From an uncultured Acidobacteriota bacterium (GTDB lineage: Bacteria; Acidobacteriota; Polarisedimenticolia; J045): a stretch of 64,000 nt of DNA. Positions 63,437 through 64,000 of the stretch are shown here, piece by piece. How positions within the stretch are numbered: the first letter of the stretch is position 1; each line of letters begins with the position of its first letter. The stretch is from the NCBI GenBank assembly GCA_963702425.1, contig CAVPCQ010000018.1, positions 155,901 to 219,900 of the forward strand, given 5' to 3'. The position numbers and the translations under genes are program-made. Below the pieces are notes generated by a model that worked only from the letters and a program-made list of their open reading frames with translations, searched no databases and was not told the origin of the DNA.

Positions 63437-64000
63437 ATGGCGCAAGACGCCGGAAGCAACGTCAAGAGCGCGCTCGGCCTGCCGGCCAAGCGCACGCCGA
63501 TCCTGATCAAGGGGAACGACGCGATCGTCAAGGGCGCGATCCTCGCCGGCGCCCGTTCCTACTTCGGCTACCCGATCACGCCGGCCAGCGAGATCGCCGA
63601 GACCGCGTCGCGCGACTTTCCCGCGGTCGGCGGGGTCTTCATCCAGGCGGAGTCGGAGATCGCATCGATCAACATGGTCTACGGCGCCTCCGCCACCGGC
63701 GTGCGCTGCATGACCGCGTCGTCCGGGCCGGGCATCAGCCTCAAGCAGGAGGGGATCTCCTACTGCGCCGGGGCCGAGCTGCCCTGCGTCATCGCGACGA
63801 TCATGCGCGGCGGCCCGGGCCTCGGGAACATCGCGCCCGAGCAGTCGGACTACAACCAGGTCGTGCGGATCGGCGGTCACGGCAACTACCGCACGCCGGT
63901 CTACGCCCCCGCCTCCGGCCAGGAGATGTGCGACCTGACGATGGCCGCCTTCGAGACCGCCGACCGCTACCGCACGCCGGTGATGGTCGCCGCCGACGGC
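63437..64000 (+). CDS. vorB: 2-oxoacid:ferredoxin oxidoreductase alpha-type subunit (VorB-like), partial
   Basis: [46 protein letters not shown]. Confidence 0.8.
   Translation, partial: MAQDAGSNVKSALGLPAKRTPILIKGNDAIVKGAILAGARSYFGYPITPASEIAETASRDFPAVGGVFIQAESEIASINMVYGASATGVRCMTASSGPGISLKQEGISYCAGAELPCVIATIMRGGPGLGNIAPEQSDYNQVVRIGGHGNYRTPVYAPASGQEMCDLTMAAFETADRYRTPVMVAADG

Noticed and set aside
648-63880. Many long overlapping antisense or alternate-frame ORFs (e.g. 4382-6958, 8338-10668, 32414-34963)
   Set aside because: Arg/Pro/Ala-rich shadow ORFs expected at this GC content, lying opposite recognisable genes
1-64000. tRNA, rRNA or known riboswitch
   Set aside because: None recognised by eye; a covariance-model search was not possible

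Overview
A 64-kb high-GC bacterial window. The gene content (TPR-CHAT, ECF/zf-HC2 pair, M4/M36-like protease, secreted propeller proteins) suggests Acidobacteriota, which is an inference. Many genes carry single-base frameshifts that are probably long-read assembly errors. The left part (1-36 kb) holds a phosphate-scavenging cluster (ppk1, phytase, alkaline phosphatase), an NTT-like transporter/cNMP pair, an FNR-box Fe-S gene and a TPR-TlpA lipoprotein with an in-frame UGA in a UxxC motif (probable selenoprotein). It also holds a DUF294/DnaQ/DUF485/actP cluster, MscS, large secreted proteins, OmpA and a tricorn protease. A ~24-kb accessory island (36.2-60.4 kb) is bracketed and punctuated by five Uma2 nuclease copies, and the three tandem copies differ mainly in one ~20-codon segment. 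The island carries AAA-DUF4143 ATPases, an ECF sigma / anti-sigma / exported TPR-CHAT protease module, secreted beta-propeller proteins, a Ser/Thr kinase and scrambled remnants. A promoter-like motif GTCAC-N15-GACACT lies in front of the anti-sigma gene and two secreted-protein genes. Four unrelated or paralogous secreted proteins share a Cys-containing C-terminal domain that may be a sorting signal. The right end has YkgJ, TonB_C, thioredoxin-fold genes and the start of a vor-type oxidoreductase operon.
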